Assembly (NCBI GenBank): GCA_964553285.1
Contig: CAZKKF010000001.1
Coordinates: 55,537 to 108,585, forward strand
Length of the DNA: 53,049 nt
From: an uncultured Candidatus Saccharibacteria bacterium
Lineage (GTDB): Bacteria > Patescibacteriota > Minisyncoccia > Phycocordibacterales > Zambryskibacteraceae
Reading direction: 5' to 3'
Shown here: positions 15,253 through 23,999 of the stretch, in pieces
Layout of the letters: each line of letters starts with the position of its first letter
Numbering within the stretch: the stretch's first letter is position 1
The notes under the pieces: generated by a model
Databases searched by the model: none
Seen by the model: the letters and a program-made list of their open reading frames with translations, nothing else
What the model was told of the DNA's origin: nothing
Program-made: the position numbers and the translations under genes

Positions 15253-16395
15253 ATGAGGAAAACATATACAGCAATAGAAGGCCAGGAAGCTTTGAAAGCC
15301 CACTTGTCTTCTCGTACCGACACTGAAGCACGAAGGATGGAGAGATACTTGTCTATGCCGGATCTTTCTCGTTTGCCGGGGAATCCTCTTAATGAACTTG
15401 TGGGAAGGGTGCTTGCTCTGCCGGCTTTTGCCGATTTTGACATAGTGGATACTCCTGAAATAGTACCCGTTGATGTCAGTTTTGACCTTTTTGATTTTGC
15501 TCCAAATCATCCCGCGCGTAGCAAGTCCGATACTTATTATGCTGATGATTCCAATATTTTGCGCACGCATACCACTATCATGTGGTACTACCACCTGCAG
15601 GAAGAAGAAGTGCGCGAACGTATGGCTCGCAATGAGCCCGTAGGATGTTTCTCTTTTGGCAAGGTCTATCGCAAGGACGAGATAGACAGACACCACATGA
15701 ACGTCTTCCACCAGATAGACGGTTGGTATCTCGCTCCAAAAGACAAGGAGAAGATAGGGGATGAGGAACTAAAGAAAGTGCTCATGGATGTGGCCAGGGC
15801 CGCTTTTGGTAATGACGTAAAGTTTCGCTTCAATCCCGACACATTTCCGTACACTGATCCGTCTATTGAGATGGAGATAGATAAGGATGGAAAATGGATT
15901 GAAGTGCTTGGAAGCGGAGTGGTGAAGGGCAGCGTTTTGGACAAGCTCGGGGTGGATTCTTCCAAGTGGAATGGCTGGGCTTTCGGTTTTGGTCTTGAGC
16001 GCTTAGCTATCGTTTCTATGGATTTGCCTGATATAAGGCTTCTCTGGTCTGAGGATGAGCGCGTAAAGAAACAGTTGAAGCTTGGGCAGAAGTTTAAGGA
16101 AGTGAGCAAGTTTCCTCCGGCAATACGCGACATTTCTTTCATTGCGGGAGAAGGCTTTGTGCTAAATGATTATTTTGACGCTATCCGCGACATAGGCGGC
16201 GACAGCATGGAGGAAGTGGCAATGATAGACAGATACGAAAATGCCGAGAAGTTTGGAGCAGGCAAGACAAGCTACACCTTCCGCATAACTTATCGCGACT
16301 TAAACAAGACGCTTACAAGCGAAGAGGCAAACAGTCTTCATGCCCGCATTGAGCAGATGACGCAGAAAGACTTCGGCGCGGAGCTAAGAATATGA
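15253..16395 (+). CDS. pheS: phenylalanine--tRNA ligase, single-chain type (catalytic alpha-like core fused to an FDX-ACB anticodon-binding domain)
   Basis: 380 aa with class II core motifs (NHPARSKSDTYY, FNPDTFPYTDPSIEME, GWAFGFGLERLAIV). A C-terminal domain of about 95 aa follows (FPPAIRDISF...IRDIGGD...KTSYTFRITYRDLNKTLTSEE), resembling the FDX-ACB domain of PheT and mitochondrial PheRS. Confidence 0.85.
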   Translation: MRKTYTAIEGQEALKAHLSSRTDTEARRMERYLSMPDLSRLPGNPLNELVGRVLALPAFADFDIVDTPEIVPVDVSFDLFDFAPNHPARSKSDTYYADDSNILRTHTTIMWYYHLQEEEVRERMARNEPVGCFSFGKVYRKDEIDRHHMNVFHQIDGWYLAPKDKEKIGDEELKKVLMDVARAAFGNDVKFRFNPDTFPYTDPSIEMEIDKDGKWIEVLGSGVVKGSVLDKLGVDSSKWNGWAFGFGLERLAIVSMDLPDIRLLWSEDERVKKQLKLGQKFKEVSKFPPAIRDISFIAGEGFVLNDYFDAIRDIGGDSMEEVAMIDRYENAEKFGAGKTSYTFRITYRDLNKTLTSEEANSLHARIEQMTQKDFGAELRI

Positions 16396-17054
16396 GCAAC
16401 TGGATTTACAGAGTGGGCCTCTCTGAAAGCGAGGTAGAGGAGGATGCGCTCAAAAAAGCCGGTTTGAATTATCGCGTTGTGAACCCTCGTGAGCAGATGG
16501 TCGCTTCTGCAAAGAGTGTCTTGGGAAAGCCATACAAGCGTGGGGCAAGCGTGCTAAAAGACGCACCGGAAGCATTTGATTGCTCTTCGCTTGTGGCCTG
16601 GTTGGCAGTAGAAGCAGGGTTGGCTATACCGCGTATTACGATAGATCAATATGTTTTTTCCAAAAGAATTGAGGAGAAAGATTTGCAACCGGGAGATTTA
16701 ATCTTTTCCAACACTGGGCAAATTATTCATACCGAAGGCTCGTATTACTCACAAGTGTTAGGCAGGGAAGTAAAAGAAGTTCCTATCCGCACCGAAACTC
16801 TGGAATACCTACCTGGGACGAAGGTACCGGAAGGTGTAGATCATGCCGGTATATATGTTGGCGATCGCGAAGTTCTTCACGCGACCAAGAGCAGAGGGGT
16901 GATTATTGAAAGGTTGAGCGAAAGCCAAGGATTTCAAAATACCATAGGCTATGGGCGAATCATAAACCACGAAGGAAGGCGGTTTGTAGTTGAAATCCCC
17001 CAAGACAAACCAGAGCTTCGGGACAAGGAAAAACTGATTGCATTTATTGGCTAA
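16392..17054 (+). CDS. NlpC/P60-family cysteine hydrolase without recognisable signal peptide
   Basis: 220 aa with GKPYKRGAS...AFDCSSLVAWL (catalytic Cys), HAGIYVG and VLHAT. There is no N-terminal hydrophobic segment. Its ATG overlaps the pheS stop (ATGA). Confidence 0.8.
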   Translation: MSNWIYRVGLSESEVEEDALKKAGLNYRVVNPREQMVASAKSVLGKPYKRGASVLKDAPEAFDCSSLVAWLAVEAGLAIPRITIDQYVFSKRIEEKDLQPGDLIFSNTGQIIHTEGSYYSQVLGREVKEVPIRTETLEYLPGTKVPEGVDHAGIYVGDREVLHATKSRGVIIERLSESQGFQNTIGYGRIINHEGRRFVVEIPQDKPELRDKEKLIAFIG

Positions 17055-17105
17055 AAAGCTTCCTTTAGAGCTTCAAATTTGCTATAATGGGGAGGTTATA
17101 TCCGT

Positions 17106-19166
17106 ATGGCAAAAGAGGAAAAAAACAAGAAAAAAGCCTCCAATTACAGCGCTGAATCCATCACCGTACTTGAGGGTCTGGAGCCGGTAAGAAAAAGGCC
17201 CGGAATGTATATCGGCACTACCGGCCCGGACGGTCTCCACCACCTCATTTGGGAAGTTTTTGACAACTCCCGCGACGAAGCCATGGGCGGCTTTGCCGAT
17301 GATATTGAAGTGGCTCTCTTGCCGGGCAACATTATCCGCGTGGTGGACAACGGCCGCGGCATTCCCGTGGATACGCACAAACAGACAAAAGTCTCCGCTC
17401 TTGAAACCATAATGACCACGCTTCACGCTGGAGGAAAGTTTGGCGGCGAAGGGTACAAGGTGTCGGGAGGCCTCCACGGTGTGGGTGCTTCTGTGGTGAA
17501 CGCGCTTTCCACCGAGATGGGAGTGATAGTGCACCGAGACGGCGGAGTCTTTACCCAGGAGTACAGCCGCGGCAAGAAAAAGGCGGCGGTCAAAAAGATA
17601 GGCTCATCCAAGCTTCATGGCACCATAGTTTACTTCTCTCCCGATCCTGAGATATTTCAGGAGACGGATTTTGATTTTAATCGCATCGTAAGCCACTTGC
17701 GTCAGCAGGCGTACCTCGTCAAAGGCATGAGGATAGCAGTCATTGATGCCCGCGAATGGGACGGCAAGATAAGGGATAAGGAAGTATTTTATCTGCGCGA
17801 GCTTGATTTGGACGTGCCTTCAATGGGTTTTTACTTTGAAGGAGGGCTTTTGTCTTTGGTGAAGTTTCAAAACTCTTTCCATAAGCCAATCCACAAAAAC
17901 GTTTTCTACGTAGAAAAGCCTGTCAACGAATACGAGTCTGTGGAGCTTTCTCTGCAATACGTTGACGACATCTCCGCGCGTATCCTGCCTTTTGCCAACA
18001 ACACCTACAATAGCGAGGGCGGTACTCACATAACTGGCTTCAAGACTGCCCTTACGAGGACGCTCAACAACTACGCCAAAAAAGGCAGCTCTTCCAAGGA
18101 CAGCGAAGAAAACTTTACGGGAGAAGATGTGCTTGAAGGCCTTACCGCCGTGGTATCCGTAAAGCTTCGCGAAATACAGTTTGAAGGCCAGACCAAAGCC
18201 AAGCTTGGCACCGTGGAGGCCAAGGGAATGGTGGAGAGCGTATTCGGAGAAGCCTTTTCCGATTGGCTTGAAGAGCATCCGGAAGACGGACGCGCCATCA
18301 TAAACAAAGTAACTCTTGCTCTCAAGGCAAGAAAGGCCGCCAAGGCCGCCAAGGACTCTGTGCTTCGTAAGGGCGCTCTTGAAGGCATGACTTTGCCGGG
18401 CAAGCTCGCAGACTGCCAGACCAAGTCTGCAGAGGAGTCTGAGCTTTTCATAGTGGAGGGAGATTCCGCAGGCGGTACCGCCAAGATGGGCCGCGATCGC
18501 CGCACCCAGGCTATTTTGCCTCTGCGCGGAAAGATACTAAACATAGAAAGAGCGCGCCTGGACAGGATGCTTGCCAGCGAGCAGATAAGGAACCTCGTGG
18601 TGGCTTTGGGTACGGCTATCAGCGATACGTTTGATATGAGCAAATTGCGATACCACAAGATAATAATCGCTACAGATGCCGATGTGGATGGTGCCCATAT
18701 TAGGACGCTTCTTCTGACTCTTTTCTACAGGTTTTTCAGACCGCTCATAGAGAGCGGCCATATCTATATCGCCCAGCCGCCGCTTTATAAAATCAAGAAG
18801 GGAAGCGAAATACTCTACGCATACACCGATGAAGAAAAAGTAAAGATAGTGGGCAAGGAGCAGGCTATAGAAGCATCGCAGACCGAAGATGCACCGGACG
18901 AAGCGGAAGGGGACGAGGCCGAAGAGAAGCCCCAGGCCAAGGCTCAAAAGAAAATATCCATTCAGCGATACAAAGGATTGGGAGAGATGAACGCCGAAGA
19001 ACTATGGGAGACCACCATGGATCCGGCCGCTCGTGTTTTGAAAAAAGTAAATATAGAAGACGCCCAGGAGGCGGACAAGGTATTTGATATACTGATGGGT
19101 ACCGACGTGCCTGCTCGCAAGTCTTTCATCCAGTCAAACGCACAGCTCGCGAATATAGACGTTTAG
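17106..19166 (+). CDS. gyrB: DNA gyrase subunit B
   Basis: Has the GHKL ATPase N-terminus (LEGLEPVRKRPGMYIG, DNGRGIP), the Toprim motif (ELFIVEGDSAGG) and IATDADVDGAHI. An acidic insertion precedes RYKGLGEM. Confidence 0.97.
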   Translation: MAKEEKNKKKASNYSAESITVLEGLEPVRKRPGMYIGTTGPDGLHHLIWEVFDNSRDEAMGGFADDIEVALLPGNIIRVVDNGRGIPVDTHKQTKVSALETIMTTLHAGGKFGGEGYKVSGGLHGVGASVVNALSTEMGVIVHRDGGVFTQEYSRGKKKAAVKKIGSSKLHGTIVYFSPDPEIFQETDFDFNRIVSHLRQQAYLVKGMRIAVIDAREWDGKIRDKEVFYLRELDLDVPSMGFYFEGGLLSLVKFQNSFHKPIHKNVFYVEKPVNEYESVELSLQYVDDISARILPFANNTYNSEGGTHITGFKTALTRTLNNYAKKGSSSKDSEENFTGEDVLEGLTAVVSVKLREIQFEGQTKAKLGTVEAKGMVESVFGEAFSDWLEEHPEDGRAIINKVTLALKARKAAKAAKDSVLRKGALEGMTLPGKLADCQTKSAEESELFIVEGDSAGGTAKMGRDRRTQAILPLRGKILNIERARLDRMLASEQIRNLVVALGTAISDTFDMSKLRYHKIIIATDADVDGAHIRTLLLTLFYRFFRPLIESGHIYIAQPPLYKIKKGSEILYAYTDEEKVKIVGKEQAIEASQTEDAPDEAEGDEAEEKPQAKAQKKISIQRYKGLGEMNAEELWETTMDPAARVLKKVNIEDAQEADKVFDILMGTDVPARKSFIQSNAQLANIDV

Positions 19167-19363
19167 GAAGCGCTCTCTTTCTTTTTGGGCACTATAAGGG
19201 CGGCAACAACGTAGCCTATTATTGCGGGTACTATAGCCGTGCAAACACCTACAAATATGTAGGCCAAGCGAAGTATTACCGGATCAACGTCAAAATACTC
19301 TCCCAGTCCCCCGAGCACTCCGCTTAGCACTTTGTTGTTCTCGCTTTTGTATAGTCTTTTCAT
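19163..19363 (-). CDS. PspC-domain small membrane protein
   Basis: 66 aa. LYKSENNKVLSGVLGGLGEYFDVDPVILRLAYIF is a typical PspC domain, followed by a TM segment. Confidence 0.7.
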   Translation of the reverse strand: MKRLYKSENNKVLSGVLGGLGEYFDVDPVILRLAYIFVGVCTAIVPAIIGYVVAALIVPKKKESAS

Positions 19364-19370
19364 ATTTTTA

Positions 19371-20603
19371 TTATACCAGCCTGCTCTTGGCGGCTATTTC
19401 CTCTTTTAATCTTGCTGTGAACCCCTCAATCCCCGCGCCTTCAATCTTATCGCCGTTTCTTGCCTCAGCCGTAACGGTGTTTGAATCTCTTTCCTTGTCT
19501 CCGATTATGATAGCGTAGGGGACTTTTTCCGTCTTGGCGTTTCTTATCTTCTTGCCCAGTGATTCGCTTGATTCATCAAGCTCCGCTCGTATGCCGGATA
19601 CTTTCAGGTTTTCTAATACCTTTGAAGCGTAATCAAAGTGCCCTTCGCCTATAGGCAATACTTTTACCTGCACGGGAGAGAGCCAGAGAGGAAAGGCTCC
19701 TCCAAGGTGCTCAATAATGATTGATAGGAAGCGCTCAAGCGATCCCATGATAGCGGCATGAATCATTACTATGCGCTCTTTTTCTCCTTTCTCGTTGACG
19801 CAGGTCAGGTCAAAACGCTCCGGCATGTTCATATCCAACTGTATTGTGGCCACCTGCCATTCACGGCCCAATGAGTCCTTGGCCATGAAATCTATTTTGG
19901 GGCCATAAAAGGCTGCTTCTCCTACACCGTCAAAAGTTTCAGCACCCTTTTCTTTTGCGATTTCGCGCAACGCATCTTCGGCCTTTTGCCATCGGGATTT
20001 GTTTCCTAGATAATTTTCCGGATGCTCGGGGTCGTGCAAAGACAGCCTTATTTTGTCCAAGCTGAATCCAAATGCGCTGTAAAAATCCATTACGATATCC
20101 CAAATCTTTATAAACTCTTCTTTTACCTGGTGCTCTCTGCAGAAAACGTGCGCATCATCCTGAGCGAAAGCTCTGGTGCGCGAAAGGCCGTTGAGCTCTC
20201 CGCTCTGCTCGTCTCTATAGCACATGGTGGTGTTGGCGTATCTTTGAGGAAGTTCTTTGTATGAATGGGGACGTCTCGCATAGATTTGAGTATGATGAGG
20301 GCAGTTCATGGGCTTCATGGCAAACTCATGCCCCTCTCTTGTGGTTACGCGAAATAGGTCGTCTTTGAACTTGTCCCAATGACCGCTTTTTTCATACAAG
20401 TCTTTTTTTGTGAGGTGGGGAATCTCAACTTTTTCGTAGTTGTGTTTCTTACGCAAATCCCACACGAAACCATCCAGCAGATGGCGGAGCATCGTGCCCT
20501 TTGGGGTCCAAAGAGGAAGTCCACTGCCTACTAAATCCGAGAAAACAAACAAATCAAGCTCCTTGCCGAGCCTCTTATGGTCTTTTTCTGACATCTCTTG
20601 CAT
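19371..20603 (-). CDS. thrS: threonine--tRNA ligase lacking the N-terminal TGS and editing domains
   Basis: 410 aa. The protein starts at the catalytic core (LPLWTPKGTML..., MNCPHH zinc site) and retains the C-terminal anticodon-binding domain (VQVKVLPIGEGH...). Only 44 nt separate its ATG from the dnaE stop. Confidence 0.9.
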   Translation of the reverse strand: MQEMSEKDHKRLGKELDLFVFSDLVGSGLPLWTPKGTMLRHLLDGFVWDLRKKHNYEKVEIPHLTKKDLYEKSGHWDKFKDDLFRVTTREGHEFAMKPMNCPHHTQIYARRPHSYKELPQRYANTTMCYRDEQSGELNGLSRTRAFAQDDAHVFCREHQVKEEFIKIWDIVMDFYSAFGFSLDKIRLSLHDPEHPENYLGNKSRWQKAEDALREIAKEKGAETFDGVGEAAFYGPKIDFMAKDSLGREWQVATIQLDMNMPERFDLTCVNEKGEKERIVMIHAAIMGSLERFLSIIIEHLGGAFPLWLSPVQVKVLPIGEGHFDYASKVLENLKVSGIRAELDESSESLGKKIRNAKTEKVPYAIIIGDKERDSNTVTAEARNGDKIEGAGIEGFTARLKEEIAAKSRLV

Positions 20604-20610
20604 GACAGCA

Positions 20611-20619
20611 ATACTATCA
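20611..20619 (-). promoter_or_regulatory. extended -10 promoter (TGATAGTAT) for thrS
   Basis: On the minus strand TGATAGTAT lies 7 nt upstream of ATG 20603. Confidence 0.5.
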
Positions 20620-20647
20620 ATAAAACGAAGCAGGGGAAAGGGCGAGC

Positions 20648-23600
20648 CTATAATATCTTGGCTTCGTCTATCACGATGGATTTTTCGCCGTTTCTGACGG
20701 ACACCTTGCCTTTTATCACCACGCAGTTGTCCGGCTTCAGTATCTCTTTCATTTCCGCATATATTCGCGAAAAGGCTACCACCTCAATAGTGCCGGTGAA
20801 ATCACTCAAGGCTCCGAAGGCCATCAGGTCGCCTTTCTTTGTGGTTACCTCGCGCACAGAGTCTATGATGCCTGCAACAAGGGTGACGGAGCTGTCGGGT
20901 GCATCGGATATTATTTTTTCTACGGTAGTGCCGGTCTTTTGAATTCTTTCTCTGTACTTTTCCAGCGGATGTCCGGAAATATACAGCCCTAGCAGATCTT
21001 TTTCCCAGGCCAGCCTTTCATCCATCTCCGCCGGAGGGCTGTCCGCAAGGCGCAATTCCTCGTGCCCCTCTACATTGGAAAAGAGCGAGTCCTGGCTGTC
21101 TCCGCGATCCGCCGATTCTTTGTGGAACTGGAGAAGCAAGTCTATGTTTGCAAACATTTTGCCTCTCTCATCAAAGTTGTCCAGAGCGCCGGCTTTGATG
21201 AGCGCTTCCAGGGACTTTTTGTTTAGGTTCTTGTCCGGTATGCGGGTAAGAAAGTCCGCCAGACTGGTAAACTTGCCGCCCCGCTTCCTCTCATGGACTA
21301 TGCTCTGGGCGATGCCCGCGCCGAAGTTTTTTATGGTGGTAAGCCCAAACCTGATGGTGTCCGGCTTGCCTTCCTCTCTCACCACGGAGAATCCGCTGAA
21401 AGACTCATTGACGGAAGGGGGAAGCACAGGTATGCCCATGCGCTTGCTCTCCGCTATGTAAAGAGCGATGGTGTCCATGTTGCCGGACTCGGCCGTTAGG
21501 CTTGCCGACATGTATATGGCCGGAAAATTGGCCTTGAGGTATGCCGTGTGATACGCCACGCGGCCGTAGGAGGCGGAGTGAGCTTTGTTGAATCCGTAGG
21601 CGGCAAAAGGTTCTATCCAGCTCCACAGCTCCTTGGCCTTGCTCTCCTCCCAGCCGCTGTGCTCCACGCACCCTTTTATGAACTTCTCTTTTTGGGCGGC
21701 CATTTCCTCCGGTATTTTTTTGCCCACCGCCTTGCGGAACTTGTCCACTTCGCCCCAGGAATATCCGGCAATGTCTCTGGCAATCATCAGGAGGTCGTCC
21801 TGGTACACGAGCACGCCATAGCTTTTTTCTAGTATGGGCTTCAAGGCCGGATCAAGGTAGGAGACAAGTTCCGGATTGTGTTTGCACTCTATGTAAAGCG
21901 GGATGAATTGCATCGGCCCGGGGCGGTAAAGCGCCACCATAGCGTTTATGTCGTGAATGGTAGATGGCTTTAGCTCCATCAGGAACTTTGTCATGGCCTC
22001 GCCGTTCAGCTGGAAGAGGCCTTCCGTCTCTCCGCGGGCAAGCATTTCAAAAGTTTTTTTATCGTCAAGGGGCACCTGGTCTATCTTCAGCTCAATATTT
22101 TCTATGGCGCGTATGCGGTCTATGGTGTCGGCGATGATGGAGAGGTTGCGAAGCCCCAGGAAGTCAAACTTGAGGAGTCCGGCTTCTTCTATGGAGTACA
22201 TGTCGTACTGGGTGATGAGCTTGTTCTCGCCTTTTGTATCGTACTGAAGGGGAGTGAAGTCTCTTATGTCACTTGGCGCAATGACCACTCCGGCGGCATG
22301 CACCGAGATGTGCCTGGCACAGCCTTCAATCTTTTTGGCCATGTCTATTATTGTCTTGGTCTCGCGGTCTTTTTCGTAAAGCGCTTTTAGCTCCGGGGTT
22401 ATTTCCAGCGCGCGCTCTATGGTCATGGGAAAGCCCTGGGAGCCCATGGGAATGAGCTTTGCTATCTCGTCTCCCTTCTGGTACGAAAAGTTCAAAGCTC
22501 GCGCCACATCGCGCACAGACCCTCTTGCCATCATGGTGCCAAATGTACCAATCTGGGCCACTTTGTCGTTGCCGTATTTTTGTCTTGCATACTCAATCAC
22601 CTCGTCGCGGCGGTTGTCGGCGAAGTCCATATCTATATCGGGCGCGGACGGCCTGTCGGGGTTTAGGAATCTTTCAAAAGGCAATCCATACTCTATGGGG
22701 TGAAGGTCCGTGATGCCTGCAAGGAAGGTCACCATGGAGCCTGCCACGGAGCCTCTGATGTTTGTAAGTATTCCGTTTTCGTGCGCAAACCGGAGCAGAT
22801 CTCCCACCACCAGGAAGTACGGCGAAAACTTTTTTTCGCCTATTATTTTGAGTTCATACTCAATGCGCTCTTTTATTTCCGGCGTTTCTTTTATGCCGCG
22901 CCTCTCAATGCCCTTATAGACTATGTCGCGCAGGGCTTCATCGGCGGTTTTGCCCTCCGGCATATCAAAGAGAGGGAAGACCCACGAGCCAAGCTCAAGC
23001 TCCAGGTTTATCCTCTCCACCAGACGCGCGTTGTTTGCCGCCGCTTCGGGATATTTTTCAAATCTTTTTTGCAGTTCGTCAGACGAGATAAAAGAAGAGT
23101 CCTCGTCTTCATCAAGGTTTGCCCTGTCGCTCCTGCCGCCGGAGGATTGCACAGAAAGCAGAGTATCGCGGGCCGGCTTGTCTTCCGGATGCATATAAAA
23201 AACATCGTGAGATGCCACAATGGGCAAGCCGTGTTCTTTGGCAAAAGACACAAGACCCGCCATGCGCTCGTCGTGCCCGGCCATCTCCGGATGCAAAGTG
23301 ATTTCCGCAAAGAAGTTTTCCTTTCCAAAAATACCTCGATACTTTTCCGCTATCTCCTTGGCCTTGGCTGTGTCGCTCATGCGCAAAGCATTTGATAAAG
23401 CTCCGCCCATGGCGGGCATTATGGCTATGAGGCCTTCATGGTGTTCTTTAAGAAGCTCCATATCCACCCTGGGTTTGTAGTAGAAACCTTCTATATAAGA
23501 TGCTGTTACTATTTTTAGCAGATTCTGGTAGCCGGTTTTGTTCTCCGCAAGCAATATGATGCGCGTGCGTGATGCGTCAATGCCTCTCTGCTTGTCAAAG

Positions 23601-23854
23601 CGGCTTCTCTGGGCCACATAAGTATCCACTCCTATGATGGGTTTGATGCCGGCGGATTTGCACTCTTTGTAAAACTCAATGGCTCCATACATGTTGCCCG
23701 AATCTGTGAGAGCCAAAGCCGGCATTTCATTTTCCTTGGCCGCTTTGACAAGCTCTGGGACTTTAGGCAGTGCGGAGAGCAGGGAATAGTGGCTATGGGT
23801 GTGCAGGTGAGAAATTTTGTTCATAAAAGCCTTGATGTCCTCAAATGTTATCAC
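20648..23854 (-). CDS. dnaE: DNA polymerase III alpha subunit
   Basis: 1068 aa with a PHP domain (HLHTHSHYSLL), the polymerase core and an OB fold. The 23854 start is GTG. ATG 23824 (MNKISHLHTHSHYS) is an alternative start. Confidence 0.97.
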   Translation of the reverse strand: MITFEDIKAFMNKISHLHTHSHYSLLSALPKVPELVKAAKENEMPALALTDSGNMYGAIEFYKECKSAGIKPIIGVDTYVAQRSRFDKQRGIDASRTRIILLAENKTGYQNLLKIVTASYIEGFYYKPRVDMELLKEHHEGLIAIMPAMGGALSNALRMSDTAKAKEIAEKYRGIFGKENFFAEITLHPEMAGHDERMAGLVSFAKEHGLPIVASHDVFYMHPEDKPARDTLLSVQSSGGRSDRANLDEDEDSSFISSDELQKRFEKYPEAAANNARLVERINLELELGSWVFPLFDMPEGKTADEALRDIVYKGIERRGIKETPEIKERIEYELKIIGEKKFSPYFLVVGDLLRFAHENGILTNIRGSVAGSMVTFLAGITDLHPIEYGLPFERFLNPDRPSAPDIDMDFADNRRDEVIEYARQKYGNDKVAQIGTFGTMMARGSVRDVARALNFSYQKGDEIAKLIPMGSQGFPMTIERALEITPELKALYEKDRETKTIIDMAKKIEGCARHISVHAAGVVIAPSDIRDFTPLQYDTKGENKLITQYDMYSIEEAGLLKFDFLGLRNLSIIADTIDRIRAIENIELKIDQVPLDDKKTFEMLARGETEGLFQLNGEAMTKFLMELKPSTIHDINAMVALYRPGPMQFIPLYIECKHNPELVSYLDPALKPILEKSYGVLVYQDDLLMIARDIAGYSWGEVDKFRKAVGKKIPEEMAAQKEKFIKGCVEHSGWEESKAKELWSWIEPFAAYGFNKAHSASYGRVAYHTAYLKANFPAIYMSASLTAESGNMDTIALYIAESKRMGIPVLPPSVNESFSGFSVVREEGKPDTIRFGLTTIKNFGAGIAQSIVHERKRGGKFTSLADFLTRIPDKNLNKKSLEALIKAGALDNFDERGKMFANIDLLLQFHKESADRGDSQDSLFSNVEGHEELRLADSPPAEMDERLAWEKDLLGLYISGHPLEKYRERIQKTGTTVEKIISDAPDSSVTLVAGIIDSVREVTTKKGDLMAFGALSDFTGTIEVVAFSRIYAEMKEILKPDNCVVIKGKVSVRNGEKSIVIDEAKIL

Positions 23855-23903
23855 ATGCCGCCGCCCTCTGAAAAAAACCCGAAGTTAGCCTTCAAATAAC
23901 CTA

Positions 23904-23932
23904 TTGATTTCTGGTAAGCATTATGATATAAT
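23904..23932 (+). promoter_or_regulatory. near-consensus sigma70 promoter
   Basis: TTGATT (23904-23909), N17, TATAAT (23927-23932). A purine-rich leader of about 60 nt follows, with AAGAGGA before ATG 24000. Confidence 0.6.
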
Positions 23933-23999
23933 AGAGAGAGGAGGCGAGAGAAAAAACAGTATCCCGCCGCAGAGGTTCTTCAACCAAGAGGACGAGATC

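Noticed and set aside
16393-16395. Possible alternative genetic code (UGA recoding, as in some candidate phyla), considered because only RF1 (prfA) is visible.
   Set aside because: TGA clearly terminates conserved genes at the expected protein ends, for example pheS at 16393-16395 and the small ORF at 49579-49581. No recognised gene needs read-through of an in-frame TGA. Absence of prfB from a 53-kb window says nothing.
17083-17105. GGAGG upstream of gyrB as a functional Shine-Dalgarno sequence.
   Set aside because: The GGAGG (17091-17095) lies only 2-7 nt after the extended -10 TGCTATAAT (17080-17088). It would sit at or before the transcription start, so I did not count gyrB as an SD-led gene.
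15136-20647. T-box or other leader riboswitches upstream of the aminoacyl-tRNA synthetase genes pheS and thrS (hisS also checked at 51348-51369).
   Set aside because: The distances between the -10 boxes and the start codons are 7-11 nt. That leaves no room for a structured leader.
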